Source: Balanoglossus misakiensis (taxonomy: Eukaryota; Animalia; Hemichordata). From it: DNA of 64,000 nucleotides. Each line of letters starts with the position of its first letter. Within the stretch, counting starts at the first letter, position 1. The position numbers and the translations under genes were made by a program. This document shows, one piece after another, positions 21,205 through 36,200 of the stretch. The notes beneath the pieces were generated by a model, which saw only the letters and a list, made by a program, of their open reading frames with translations, did not search any database and was not told the DNA's origin. The DNA lies in the NCBI GenBank assembly GCA_040954595.2, contig CM082586.2, positions 10,385,337 through 10,449,336 on the forward strand, written 5' to 3'.

Positions 21205-24200
21205 GTCGATTTTTGAAAAAAAACATGGGAGAAAATCTTCAAAAAATGGGAATTTTGTCGATTTTTAAAAAAAAAATCATGGGTGAAAATCATCAAAAAA
21301 TGACAAATTTTCGACTTTGCAAAATCTCAAAATTTCGTCGATTTTTGAGAAAAATCATGGGTGAAAATCATCAAAAAATGACAAATTTTCGACTTTGCAA
21401 AATTTTCAAAAATTCGTCGATTTTTGAAAAAAAAATGGGTTATAGCTGATGAAAATCATCAACAAATGACAAATTTTTGACTGCAAAATCTCAAAATTTC
21501 GTCGATTTTTGAAAAAAAAACATGGATGAAAATCATCAAAAAATGACAAATTTTCGACTGCAAAATCTCAAAATTTTGTCGATTTTGAAAAAAGTATGGG
21601 TTCGTCGATTTTTAAAAAAAATCATGGCTGAAAATCATCAAAAAATGACAAATTTTCGACTTTGCAAGAACTTCGAGATTTTCGTCGATTTTTGAAAAAA
21701 AAAATCGTGGGGGGGGGGGGAAATCATAAAAAAATGACAAATTTTCGACTTTGCAAAATCTCAATATATCGTCGATTTTGGAAAAAAAAATCATGGGTTC
21801 GTCGAAAAAAAAACGGGTGAAAATCATCAAAAAATGACAAATTTTCGAATTTGCAAAATCTCAAAAGTCCGTCGATTTTGAAAAAAAACATGGGTGAAAA
21901 TCTTCAAAAAATGATTCTTGAAAAAAAATGGGTGAAAATCATCAAAAATGACAAAGTTTCGACTTTGCAAAATCTCAAAATTTCATCGATTTCTGAAAAA
22001 AATCATAGGGGAAAATCATCAAAAAATGACAAATTTTCGACTGCAAAATCTTAAAATTTCGTCAATTTTTGAAAAAAAATCATGGGTAAAAATCATCAAA
22101 AAATGACAAATTTTCGACTTTGCAAAATCTCAAAATTTCGTCAATTTTTGAAAAAAAAATCGTGGGGGGGGGGGGAAATCATCAAAAAAATGACAAATTT
22201 TCGACTTTGCAAAATTTTGAAAAATTCGTCGATTTAAAAAAAAAAACATGGGTTCGTCCATTTTTGAAAAAAAAAACATGGGTGAAAATCATCAACAAAT
22301 GACAAATGTTCAACTTTGCAAAATCTCAAAATTTCGTCGATTTTTGAAAAAAAAAATCGTGGGGGGGGGGAAATCATCAAAAAAATTACAAATTTTCGAC
22401 TTAACAAAATTTTCAAAAATTCGTCGATTTTTGAAAAAAAAAAACATGGGTTCGTCCATTTTTGAAAAAAAAAACATGGGTGAAAATCATCAACAAATGA
22501 CAAATGTTCAACTTTGCAAAATCTCAAAATATTGTCGATTTTTGAAAAAAAATCATGGGTTCGTTGATTTTTGAAAAAAAACGGGTGAAAATCATCAAAA
22601 AATTACAAATTTTCGTCTTTGCAAAATCTCAAAATTTCGTCGATTTTTGAAAAATAAAATCATGGGTAAAAATCATCAAAAAAATACAAATTTTCGACTT
22701 TGCAAAATCTAAAAATTTTGTCGATTTTTGAAAAAAATCATGGGTGAAAATCATCAAAAAATGACAAATTTTCGACTTTGCAAAATCTCAAAATTTCGTA
22801 GATTTTTGAAAAAAAATCATGGGTTCGTTGATTTTTGAAAAAAAACATGGGTGAAAATCATCAAAAAATTACAAATTTTCGAATTTGCAAAATCTCAAAA
22901 TTTCGTCGATTTTTGAAAAAAAAACATGGGTGAAAATCATCAAAAAATGACAAATTTTCGACTTTGCAAAATCTCAAAATTTCGTAAATTTTTGAAAAAA
23001 AGTCATGGGTGAAAATCATAAAAAAATTACAAATTTTCGTCTTTGCAAAATCTCAAAATTTCGTCGATTTTTGAAAAAAAAAATCATGGGTAAAAATCAT
23101 CAAAAAATTACAAATTTTCGACTTTGCAAAATCTAAAAATTTTGTCGATTTTTGAAAAAAATCATGGGTGAAAATCATCAAAAAATGACAAATTTTCGAC
23201 TTTGCAAAATCTCAAAATTTCGTCGATTTTTGAAAAAAATCATGGGTTCGTTCAATTTTGAAAAAAAAACATGGGTGAAAATCATCAAAAAATTACAAAT
23301 TTTCGACTTTGCAAAATCTCAAAATTTTGTCGATTTTTGAAAAAAAATCATGGGTGAAAATCATTAATAAATGACAAATTTTCGACTTTGCAAAATCTCA
23401 AAATTTCGTCGATTTTTGAAAAAAAATCATGGGTGAAAATCATCAAAAAATTACAAATTTTCGACTTTGCAAAATCTCAAAATTTCGTCGATTTTTGAGA
23501 AAAATCATGGGTGAAAATCATCAAAAAATGACAAATTTTCGACTTTGCAAAATCTCAAAATTTTGTCGATTTTTGAAAAAAAATCATGGGTTCGTTGATT
23601 TTTGAAAAAAAACATGGGTGAAAATCATCAAAAAATTACAAATTTTCGAATTTGCAAAATCTCAAAATTTCGTCGATTTTGGAAAAAAAAACATGGGTGA
23701 AAATCATCAAAAAATTACAAATTTTCGACTTTGCAAAATCTCAAAATTTCGTAGATTTTGGAAAAAAAAATCATGGGTTCGTCGATTTTTGAAAAAAATC
23801 ATGGGTGAAAATCATCAAAAAATGACAAATTTTCGTCTTTGCAAAATCCCAAAATTTGGTCGATTTTTGAAAAACTAAATCATGGGAAAAAATCATCAAA
23901 AAATGACAAATTTTCGACTTTGCAAAATCTCAAAATTTCGTAAATTTTTGAAAAAAAGTCATGGGTGAAAATCATCAAAAAATTACAAATTTTCGTCTTT
24001 GCAAAATCTCAAAATTTCGTCGATTTTTGAAAAAAAAAATCATGGGTAAAAATCATCAAAAAATTACAAATTTTCGACTTTGCAAAATCTAAAAATTTTG
24101 TCGATTTTTGAAAAAAACAATCATGGTGAAAATCATCAAAAAATGACAAATTTTCGACTTTGCAAAATCTCAAAATGTCAATTTTTTAAAAAAATCATGA

Positions 24201-27200
24201 GTTCGTTGATTTTTAAAAAAAAACATTGGTGTCAATTTTTTAAAAAAATCATGGGTTCGTTGATTTTTAAAAAAAAACATTGGTGAAAATCATCAAAAAA
24301 TTACAAATTTTCGACTTTGCAAAATCTCAAAATTTCGTACATTTTTGAAAAAAAATCATGGGTGAAAATCATCAAAAAATGACAAATTTTCGTCTTTGCA
24401 AAATCTCAAAATTTCGTCATTTTTAAAAAAAAAATCATGGTGAAAATCATCAAAAAATGACAAATTGTCGACTTTGCAAAATCTAAAAATTTTGTCGATT
24501 TTTGAAAAAAATCATGGGTGAAAATAATCAAAAAATGACAAATTTTCGACTTTGCAAAATCTCAAAATTTCGTCGATTTTTGAAAAAAATCATGGGTGAA
24601 AATCATCAAAAAATGACAAATTTTCGACTTTGCAAAATCTCAAAATTTTGTCGATTTTTGAAAAAAAATCATGGGTTCGTTGATTTTTGAAAAAAAACAT
24701 GGGTGAAAATCATCAAAAAATTACAAATTTTCGAATTTGCAAAATCTCAAAATTTCGTCGATTTTTGAAAAAAAAAAACATGGGTGAAAATCATCAAAAA
24801 ATGACAAATTTTCGACTTTGCAAAATCTCAAAATTTCGTAAATTTTTGAAAAAAAGTCATGGGTGAAAATCATCAAAAAATTAAAAAGTTTCGTCCTTGC
24901 AAAATCTCAAAAAATCGTCGATTTTTGAAAAAAAAAATCATGGGTAAAAATCATCAAAAAATTACAAATTTTCGACTTTGCAAAATCTAAAAATTTTGTC
25001 GATTTTTGAAAAAAATCATGGGTGAAAATCATCAAAAAATGACAAATTTTCGACTTTGCAAAATCTCAAAATTTCGTCGATTTTTGAAAAAAATCATGGG
25101 TGAAAATCATCAAAAAATGACAAATTTTCGACTTTGCAAAATCTCAAAATTTCGTAAATTTTTGAAAAAAAGTCATGGGTGAAAATCATCAAAAAATTAA
25201 AAAGTTTCGTCTTTGCAAAATCTCAAAATTTCGTCGATTTTTGAAAAAAAAATCATGGGTAAAAATCATCAAAAAATTACAAATTTTCGACTTTGCAAAA
25301 TCTAAAAATTTTGTCGATTTTTGAAAAAAATCATGGGTGAAAATCATCAAAAAATGACAAATTTTCGACTTTGCAAAATCTCAAAATTTCGTCGATTTTT
25401 GAAAAAAATCATGGGTGAAAATCATCAAAAAATGACAAATTTTCGACTTTGCAAAATCTTAAATTTCGTCGATTTTTGAAAAAAATCATGGGTGAAAATC
25501 ATCAAAAAATGACAAATTTTTGACTTTGCAAAATCTCAAAATTTCGTCGATTTTTGAGAAAAATCATGGGTTCGTTCAATTTTGAAAAAAAACATGGGTG
25601 AAAATCATCAAAAAATTACAAATTTTCGACTTTGCAAAATCTCAAAAATTTGTCGATTTTTGAAAAAAAATCATGGGTGAAAATCATTAATAAATGACAA
25701 ATTTTCGACATTGCAAAATCTCAAAATTTCGTCGATTTTTGAAAAAAAAATCATGGGTGAAAATCATCAAAAAATTACAAATTTTCGACTTTGCAAAATC
25801 TCAAAATTTCGTCGATTTTTGAGAAAAATCATGGGTGAAAATCATCAAAAAATGACAAATTTTCGACTTTGCAAAATCTCAAAATTTTGTCGATTTTTGA
25901 AAAAAAATCATGGGTTCGTTGATTTTTGAAAAAAAATCATGGGTGAAAATCATCAAAAAATTACAAATTTTCGACTTTGCAAAATCTCAAAATTTCGTCG
26001 ATTTTTGAGAAAAATCATGGGTGAAAATCATCAAAAAATGACAAATTTTCGACTTTGCAAAATCTCAAAATTTCGTAAATTTTTGAAAAAAAGTCATGGG
26101 TGAAAATCATCAAAAAATTACAAATTTTCGTCTTTGCAAAATCTCAAAATTTCGTCGATTTTTGAAAAAAAAAAATCATGGGTAAAAATCATCAAAAAAT
26201 TACAAATTTTCGACTTTGCAAAATCTAAAAATTTTGTCGATTTTTGAAAAAAATCATGGGTGAAAATCATCAAAAAATGACAAATTTTCGACTTTGCAAA
26301 ATCTCAAAATTTCGTCGATTTTTGAAAAAAAAAACATGGGTGAAAATCATCAAAAAATGACAAATTTTCGACTTTGCAAAATCTCAAAATTTCGTCGATT
26401 TTTGAAAAAAATCATGGGTTCGTTCAATTTTGAAAAAAAACATGGGTGAAAATCATCAAAAAATTACAAATTTTCGACTTTGCAAAATCTCAAAATTTTG
26501 TCGATTTTTGAAAAAAAATCATGGGTGAAAATCATTAATAAATGACAAATTTTCGACTTTGCAAAATCTCAAAATTTCGTCGATTTTTGAAAAAAAATCA
26601 TGGGTGAAAATCATCAAAAAATTACAAATTTTCGACTTTGCAAAATCTCAAAATTTCGTCGATTTTTGAGAAAAATCATGGGTGAAAATCATCAAAAAAT
26701 GACAAATTTTCGACTTTGCAAAATCTCAAAATTTTGTCGATTTTTGAAAAAAAATCATGGGTTCGTTGATTTTTGAAAAAAAACATGGGTGAAAATCATC
26801 AAAAAATTACAAATTTTCGAATTTGCAAAATCTCAAAATTTTGTCGATTTTTGAAAAAAATCATGGGTCAAAATCATCAAAAAATGACACATTTTCGACT
26901 TTGCAAAATCTCAAAATTTCGTCGATTTTTGAAAAAAATCATGGGTGAAAATCATCAAAAAATGACAAATTTTCGACTTTGCAAAATCTCAAAATTTCGT
27001 AGATTTTTGAAAAAAAACATGGGTGAAAATCATCAAAAAATGACAAATTTTCGACTTTGCAAAATCTCAAATTTCGTCGATTTTTGAAAAAAATCATGGG
27101 TGAAAATCATCAAAAAATGACAAATTTTCGTCTTTGCAAAATCCCAAAATTTCGTAAATTTTTGAAAAAAAGTCATGGGTGAAAATCATCAAAAAATTAC

Positions 27201-30200
27201 AAATTTTCGTCTTTGCAAAATCTCAAAATTTCGTCGATTTTTGAAAAAAAAAATCATGGGTAAAAATCATCAAAAAATTACAAATTTTCGACTTTGCAAA
27301 ATCTAAAAATTTTGTCGATTTTTGAAAAAAACAATCATGGTGAAAATCATCAAAAAATGACAAATTTTCGACTTTGCAAAATCTCAAAATGTTGTCAATT
27401 TTTTAAAAAATTCATGAGTTCGTTGATTTTTTAAAAAAAACATTGGTGTCAATTTTTGAAAAAAATCATGGGTTCGTTGATTTTTAAAAAAAAACATTGG
27501 TGAAAATCATCAAAAAATTACAAATTTTCGACTTTGCAAAATCTCAAAATTTCGTACATTTTTGAAAAAAAATCATGGGTGAAAATCATCAAAAAATGAC
27601 AAATTTTCGACTTTGCAAAATCTCAAAATTTCGTCGATTTTTGAAAAAAATCACGGGTGAAAATCATCAAAAAATGACAAATTTTCGTCTTTGCTAAATC
27701 TCAAAATTTCGTCGATTTTTGAAAAAAATCATGGGTGAAAATCATCAAAAAATGACAAATTTTCGACTTTGCAAAATCTCAAAATTTCGCCGATTTTTGA
27801 AAAAAACAATCATGGTGAAAATCATCAAAAAATGACAAATTTTCGACTTTGCAAAATCTCAAAATTTCGCCGATTTTTGAAAAAAACAATCATGGTGAAA
27901 ATCATCAAAAAATGACAAATTTTCGACTTTGCAAAATCTCAAAATGTTGTCAATTTTTAAAAAAAATCATGAGTTCGTTGATTTTTTAAAAAAAACATTG
28001 GTGTCAATTTTTGAAAAAAATCATGGGTTCGTTGATTTTAAAAAAAAAACATTGGTGAAAATCATCAAAAAATTACAAATTTTCGACTTTGCAAAATCTA
28101 AAAATTTCGTACATTTTTGAAAAAAAATCATGGGTGAAAATCATCAAAAAATGACAAATTTTCGTCTTTGCAAAATCTCAAAATTTCGTCGTTTTTTGAG
28201 AAAAATCATGGGTGAAAATCATCAAAAAATGACAAATTTTCGACTTTGCAAAATCTCAAAATTTTGTCGATTTTTGAAAAAAAATCATGGGTTCGTTGAT
28301 TTTTGAAAAAAAACATGGGTGAAAATCATCAAAAAATTACAAATTTTCGAATTTGCAAAATCTCAAAATTTTGTCGATTTTTGAAAAAAATCATGGGTCA
28401 AAATCATCAAAAAATGACACATTTTCGACTTTGCAAAATCTCAAAATTTCGTCGATTTTTGAAAAAAATCATGGGTGAAAATCATCAAAAAATGACAAAT
28501 TTTCGACTTTGCAAAATCTCAAAATTTCGTAGATTTTTGAAAAAAAACATGGGTGAAAATCATCAAAAAATGACAAATTTTCGACTTTGCAAAATCTCAA
28601 ATTTCGTCGATTTTTGAAAAAAATCATGGGTGAAAATCATCAAAAAATGACAAATTTTCGTCTTTGCAAAATCCCAAAATTTCGTAAATTTTTGAAAAAA
28701 AGTCATGGGTGAAAATCATCAAAAAATTACAAATTTTCGTCTTTGCAAAATCTCAAAATTTCGTCGATTTTTGAAAAAAAAAATCATGGGTAAAAATCAT
28801 CAAAAAATTACAAATTTTCGACTTTGCAAAATCTAAAAATTTTGTCGATTTTTGAAAAAAACAATCATGGTGAAAATCATCAAAAAATGACAAATTTTCG
28901 ACTTTGCAAAATCTCAAAATGTTGTCAATTTTTTAAAAAATTCATGAGTTCGTTGATTTTTTAAAAAAAACATTGGTGTCAATTTTTGAAAAAAATCATG
29001 GGTTCGTTGATTTTTAAAAAAAAACATTGGTGAAAATCATCAAAAAATTACAAATTTTCGACTTTGCAAAATCTCAAAATTTCGTACATTTTTGAAAAAA
29101 AATCATGGGTGAAAATCATCAAAAAATGACAAATTTTCGACTTTGCAAAATCTCAAAATTTCGTCGATTTTTGAAAAAAATCACGGGTGAAAATCATCAA
29201 AAAATGACAAATTTTCGTCTTTGCTAAATCTCAAAATTTCGTCGATTTTTGAAAAAAATCATGGGTGAAAATCATCAAAAAATGACAAATTTTCGACTTT
29301 GCAAAATCTCAAAATTTCGCCGATTTTTGAAAAAAACAATCATGGTGAAAATCATCAAAAAATGACAAATTTTCGACTTTGCAAAATCTCAAAATTTCGC
29401 CGATTTTTGAAAAAAACAATCATGGTGAAAATCATCAAAAAATGACAAATTTTCGACTTTGCAAAATCTCAAAATGTTGTCAATTTTTAAAAAAAATCAT
29501 GAGTTCGTTGATTTTTTAAAAAAAACATTGGTGTCAATTTTTGAAAAAAATCATGGGTTCGTTGATTTTAAAAAAAAAACATTGGTGAAAATCATCAAAA
29601 AATTACAAATTTTCGACTTTGCAAAATCTAAAAATTTCGTACATTTTTGAAAAAAAATCATGGGTGAAAATCATCAAAAAATGACAAATTTTCGTCTTTG
29701 CAAAATCTCAAAATTTCGTCGTTTTTTAAAAAAAAATCATGGTGAAAATCATCAAAAAATGACAAATTTTCGACTTTGCAAAATCTCAAAATTTCGTCGA
29801 TTTTTGAAAAAAATCATGGGTTCGTTCAATTTTGAAAAAAAACGGGTGAAAATCATCAAAAAATTACAAATTTTCGACTTTGCAAAATCTCAAAATTTTG
29901 TCGATTTTTGAAAAAAAATCATGGGTGAAAATCATTAATAAATGACAAATTTTCGACTTTGCAAAATCTCAAAATTTCGTCGATTTTTGAAAAAAAATCA
30001 TGGGTGAAAATCATCAAAAAATGACAAATTTTCGACTTTGCAAAATCTCAAAATTTCGTCGATTTTTGAGAAAAATCATGGGTGAAAATCATCAAAAAAT
30101 GACAAATTTTCGACTTTGCAAAATCTCAAAATTTTGTCGATTTTTGAAAAAAAATCATGGGTTCGTTGATTTTTGAAAAAAAACATGGGTGAAAATCATC

Positions 30201-33200
30201 AAAAAAGTACAAATTTTCGAATTTGCAAAATCTCAAAATTTCGTCGATTTTTGAAAAAAAAACATGGGTGAAAATCATCAAAAAATGACAAATTTTCGAC
30301 TTTGCAAAATCTCAAAATTTCGTAAATTTTTGAAAAAAAGTCATGGGTGAAAATCATCAAAAAATTACAAATTTTCGTCTTTGCAAAATCTCAAAATTTC
30401 GTCGAGTTTTGAAAAAAATCATGGGTGAAAATCATCAAAAAATGACAAATTTTCGACTTTGCAAAATCTCAAAATTTTGTCGATTTTTGAAAAAAAATCA
30501 TGGGTTCGTTGATTTTTTAAAAAAAACATGGGTGAAAATCATCAAAAAATTACAAATTTTCGAATTTGCAAAATCTCAAAATTTCGTCGATTTTTGAAAA
30601 AAAAACATGGGTGAAAATCATCAAAAAATGACAAATTTTCGACTTTGCAAAATCTCAAAATTTCGTAAATTTTTGAAAAAAAGTCATGGGTGAAAATCAT
30701 CAAAAAATTACAAATTTTCGTCTTTGCAAAATCTCAAAATTTCGTCGATTTTTGAAAAAAATCATGGGTGAAAATCATCAAAAAATGACAAATTTTCGAC
30801 TTTGCAAAATCTCAAAATTTTGTCGATTTTTGAAAAAAAATCATGGGTTCGTTGATTTTTGAAAAAAAACATGGGTGAAAATCATCAAAAAATTACAAAT
30901 TTTCGAATTTGCAAAATCTCAAAATTTCGTCGATTTTTGAAAAAAAACGGGTGAAAATCATCAAAAAATGACAAATTTTCGACTTTGCAAAATCTCAAAA
31001 TTTCGTAAATTTTTGAAAAAAAGTCATGGGTGAAAATCATCAAAAAATTACAAATTTTCGTCTTTGCAAAATCTCAAAATTTCGTCGATTTTTGAAAAAA
31101 AAAATCATGGGTAAAAATCATCAAAAAATAACAAATTTTCGACTTTGCAAAATCTAAAAATTTTGTCGATTTTTGAAAAAAATCATGGGTGAAAATCATC
31201 AAAAAATGACAAATTTTCGACTTTGCAAAATCTCAAAATTTCGTCGATTTTTGAAAAAAATCATGGGTTCGTTCAATTTTGAAAAAAAACATGGGTGAAA
31301 ATCATCAAAAAATTACAAATTTTCGACTTTGCAAAATCTCAAAATTTTGTCGATTTTTGAAAAAAAATCATGGGTGAAAATCATTAATAAATGACAAATT
31401 TTCGACTTTGCAAAATCTCAAAATTTCGTCGATTTTTGAAAAAAAAACATGGGTGAAAATCATCAAAAAATGACAAATTTTCGACTTTGCAAAATCTCAA
31501 AATTTCGTAAATTTTTGAAAAAAAGTCATGGGTGAAAATCATCAAAAAATTACAAATTTTCGTCTTTGCAAAATCTCAAAATTTCGTCGATTTTTGAAAA
31601 AAATCATGGGTGAAAATCATCAAAAAATGACAAATTTTCGACTTTGCAAAATCTCAAAATTTCGCCGATTTTTGAAAAAAACAATCATGGTGAAAATCAT
31701 CAAAAAATGACAAATTTTCGACTTTGCAAAATCTCAAAATTTCGCCGATTTTTGAAAAAAACAATCATGGTGAAAATCATCAAAAAATGACAAATTTTCG
31801 ACTTTGCAAAATCTCAAAATGTTGTCAATTTTTAAAAAAAATCATGAGTTCGTTGATTTTTTAAAAAAAACATTGGTGTCAATTTTTGAAAAAAATCATG
31901 GGTTCGTTGATTTTAAAAAAAAAACATTGGTGAAAATCATCAAAAAATTACAAATTTTCGACTTTGCAAAATCTAAAAATTTCGTACATTTTTGAAAAAA
32001 AATCATGGGTGAAAATCATCAAAAAATGACAAATTTTCGTCTTTGCAAAATCTCAAAATTTCGTCGTTTTTTGAGAAAAATCATGGGTGAAAATCATCAA
32101 AAAATGACAAATTTTCGACTTTGCAAAATCTCAAAATTTTGTCGATTTTTGAAAAAAAATCATGGGTTCGTTGATTTTTGAAAAAAAACATGGGTGAAAA
32201 TCATCAAAAAATTACAAATTTTCGAATTTGCAAAATCTCAAAATTTTGTCGATTTTTGAAAAAAATCATGGGTCAAAATCATCAAAAAATGACACATTTT
32301 CGACTTTGCAAAATCTCAAAATTTCGTCGATTTTTGAAAAAAATCATGGGTGAAAATCATCAAAAAATGACAAATTTTCGACTTTGCAAAATCTCAAAAT
32401 TTCGTAGATTTTTGAAAAAAAACATGGGTGAAAATCATCAAAAAATGACAAATTTTCGACTTTGCAAAATCTCAAATTTCGTCGATTTTTGAAAAAAATC
32501 ATGGGTGAAAATCATCAAAAAATGACAAATTTTCGTCTTTGCAAAATCCCAAAATTTCGTAAATTTTTGAAAAAAAGTCATGGGTGAAAATCATCAAAAA
32601 ATTACAAATTTTCGTCTTTGCAAAATCTCAAAATTTCGTCGATTTTTGAAAAAAAAAATCATGGGTAAAAATCATCAAAAAATTACAAATTTTCGACTTT
32701 GCAAAATCTAAAAATTTTGTCGATTTTTGAAAAAAACAATCATGGTGAAAATCATCAAAAAATGACAAATTTTCGACTTTGCAAAATCTCAAAATGTTGT
32801 CAATTTTTTAAAAAATTCATGAGTTCGTTGATTTTTTAAAAAAAACATTGGTGTCAATTTTTGAAAAAAATCATGGGTTCGTTGATTTTTAAAAAAAAAC
32901 ATTGGTGAAAATCATCAAAAAATTACAAATTTTCGACTTTGCAAAATCTCAAAATTTCGTACATTTTTGAAAAAAAATCATGGGTGAAAATCATCAAAAA
33001 ATGACAAATTTTCGACTTTGCAAAATCTCAAAATTTCGTCGATTTTTGAAAAAAATCACGGGTGAAAATCATCAAAAAATGACAAATTTTCGTCTTTGCT
33101 AAATCTCAAAATTTCGTCGATTTTTGAAAAAAATCATGGGTGAAAATCATCAAAAAATGACAAATTTTCGACTTTGCAAAATCTCAAAATTTCGCCGATT

Positions 33201-36200
33201 TTTGAAAAAAACAATCATGGTGAAAATCATCAAAAAATGACAAATTTTCGACTTTGCAAAATCTCAAAATTTCGCCGATTTTTGAAAAAAACAATCATGG
33301 TGAAAATCATCAAAAAATGACAAATTTTCGACTTTGCAAAATCTCAAAATGTTGTCAATTTTTAAAAAAAATCATGAGTTCGTTGATTTTTTAAAAAAAA
33401 CATTGGTGTCAATTTTTGAAAAAAATCATGGGTTCGTTGATTTTAAAAAAAAAACATTGGTGAAAATCATCAAAAAATTACAAATTTTCGACTTTGCAAA
33501 ATCTAAAAATTTCGTACATTTTTGAAAAAAAATCATGGGTGAAAATCATCAAAAAATGACAAATTTTCGTCTTTGCAAAATCTCAAAATTTCGTCGTTTT
33601 TTAAAAAAAAATCATGGTGAAAATCATCAAAAAATGACAAATTTTCGACTTTGCAAAATCTCAAAATTTCGTCGATTTTTGAAAAAAATCATGGGTTCGT
33701 TCAATTTTGAAAAAAAACGGGTGAAAATCATCAAAAAATTACAAATTTTCGACTTTGCAAAATCTCAAAATTTTGTCGATTTTTGAAAAAAAATCATGGG
33801 TGAAAATCATTAATAAATGACAAATTTTCGACTTTGCAAAATCTCAAAATTTCGTCGATTTTTGAAAAAAAATCATGGGTGAAAATCATCAAAAAATGAC
33901 AAATTTTCGACTTTGCAAAATCTCAAAATTTCGTCGATTTTTGAGAAAAATCATGGGTGAAAATCATCAAAAAATGACAAATTTTCGACTTTGCAAAATC
34001 TCAAAATTTTGTCGATTTTTGAAAAAAAATCATGGGTTCGTTGATTTTTGAAAAAAAACATGGGTGAAAATCATCAAAAAAGTACAAATTTTCGAATTTG
34101 CAAAATCTCAAAATTTCGTCGATTTTTGAAAAAAAAACATGGGTGAAAATCATCAAAAAATGACAAATTTTCGACTTTGCAAAATCTCAAAATTTCGTAA
34201 ATTTTTGAAAAAAAGTCATGGGTGAAAATCATCAAAAAATTACAAATTTTCGTCTTTGCAAAATCTCAAAATTTCGTCGAGTTTTGAAAAAAATCATGGG
34301 TGAAAATCATCAAAAAATGACAAATTTTCGACTTTGCAAAATCTCAAAATTTTGTCGATTTTTGAAAAAAAATCATGGGTTCGTTGATTTTTTAAAAAAA
34401 ACATGGGTGAAAATCATCAAAAAATTACAAATTTTCGAATTTGCAAAATCTCAAAATTTCGTCGATTTTTGAAAAAAAAACATGGGTGAAAATCATCAAA
34501 AAATGACAAATTTTCGACTTTGCAAAATCTCAAAATTTCGTAAATTTTTGAAAAAAAGTCATGGGTGAAAATCATCAAAAAATTACAAATTTTCGTCTTT
34601 GCAAAATCTCAAAATTTCGTCGATTTTTGAAAAAAATCATGGGTGAAAATCATCAAAAAATGACAAATTTTCGACTTTGCAAAATCTCAAAATTTTGTCG
34701 ATTTTTGAAAAAAAATCATGGGTTCGTTGATTTTTGAAAAAAAACATGGGTGAAAATCATCAAAAAATTACAAATTTTCGAATTTGCAAAATCTCAAAAT
34801 TTCGTCGATTTTTGAAAAAAAACGGGTGAAAATCATCAAAAAATGACAAATTTTCGACTTTGCAAAATCTCAAAATTTCGTAAATTTTTGAAAAAAAGTC
34901 ATGGGTGAAAATCATCAAAAAATTACAAATTTTCGTCTTTGCAAAATCTCAAAATTTCGTCGATTTTTGAAAAAAAAAATCATGGGTAAAAATCATCAAA
35001 AAATAACAAATTTTCGACTTTGCAAAATCTAAAAATTTTGTCGATTTTTGAAAAAAATCATGGGTGAAAATCATCAAAAAATGACAAATTTTCGACTTTG
35101 CAAAATCTCAAAATTTCGTCGATTTTTGAAAAAAATCATGGGTTCGTTCAATTTTGAAAAAAAACATGGGTGAAAATCATCAAAAAATTACAAATTTTCG
35201 ACTTTGCAAAATCTCAAAATTTTGTCGATTTTTGAAAAAAAATCATGGGTGAAAATCATTAATAAATGACAAATTTTCGACTTTGCAAAATCTCAAAATT
35301 TCGTCGATTTTTGAAAAAAAATCATTGGTGAAAATCATCAAAAAATTACAAATTTTCGACTTTGCAAAATCTCAAAATTTCGTCGATTTTCGAGAAAAAT
35401 CATGGGTGAAAATCATCAAAAATGACAAATTTTCGACTTTGCAAAAACTCAAAATTTTGTCGATTTTTGAAAAAAAATCATGGGTTCGTTGATTTTTGAA
35501 AAAAAACATGGGTGAAAATCATCAAAAAATTACAAATTTTCGAATTTGCATAAATCTCAAAATTTTGTCGATTTTTGAAAAAAATCATGGGTGAAAATAA
35601 TCAAAAAATTACAAATTTTCGACTTTGCAAAATCTAAAAATTTTGTCGATTTTTGAAAAAAATCATGGGTGAAAATCATCAAAAAATGACAAATTTTCGA
35701 CTATGCAAAATCTCAAAATTTAGTCGATTTTTGAAAAAAATCATGGGTTCGTTCAATTTTGAAAAAAAACATGGGTGAAAATCATCAAAAAATTACAAAT
35801 TTTCGACTTTGCAAAATCTCAAAATTTTGTCGATTTTTGAAAAAAAATCATGGGTGAAAATCATTAATAAATGACAAATTTTCGACTTTGCAAAATCTAA
35901 AAATTTTGTCGATTTTTGAAAAAAATCATGGGTGAAAATCATCAAAAAATGACAAATTTTCGACTTTGCAAAATCTCAAAATTTTGTCGATTTTTGAAAA
36001 AAAATCATGGGTTCGTTGATTTTTGAAAAAAAACATGGGTGAAAATCGTCAAAAAATTACAAATTTTCGAATTTGCAAAATCTCAAAATTTTGTCGATTT
36101 TTGAAAAAAATCATGGGTGAAAATAATCAAAAAATTACAAATTTTCGACTTTGCAAAATCTAAAAATTTTGTCGATTTTTGAAAAAAATCATGGGTGAAA

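Noticed and set aside
21795-21820. CENP-B-box-like TTCG…A…CGGG
   Set aside because: Spacing does not fit TTCGNNNNANNCGGG, and the CGGG variant is rare in the array.
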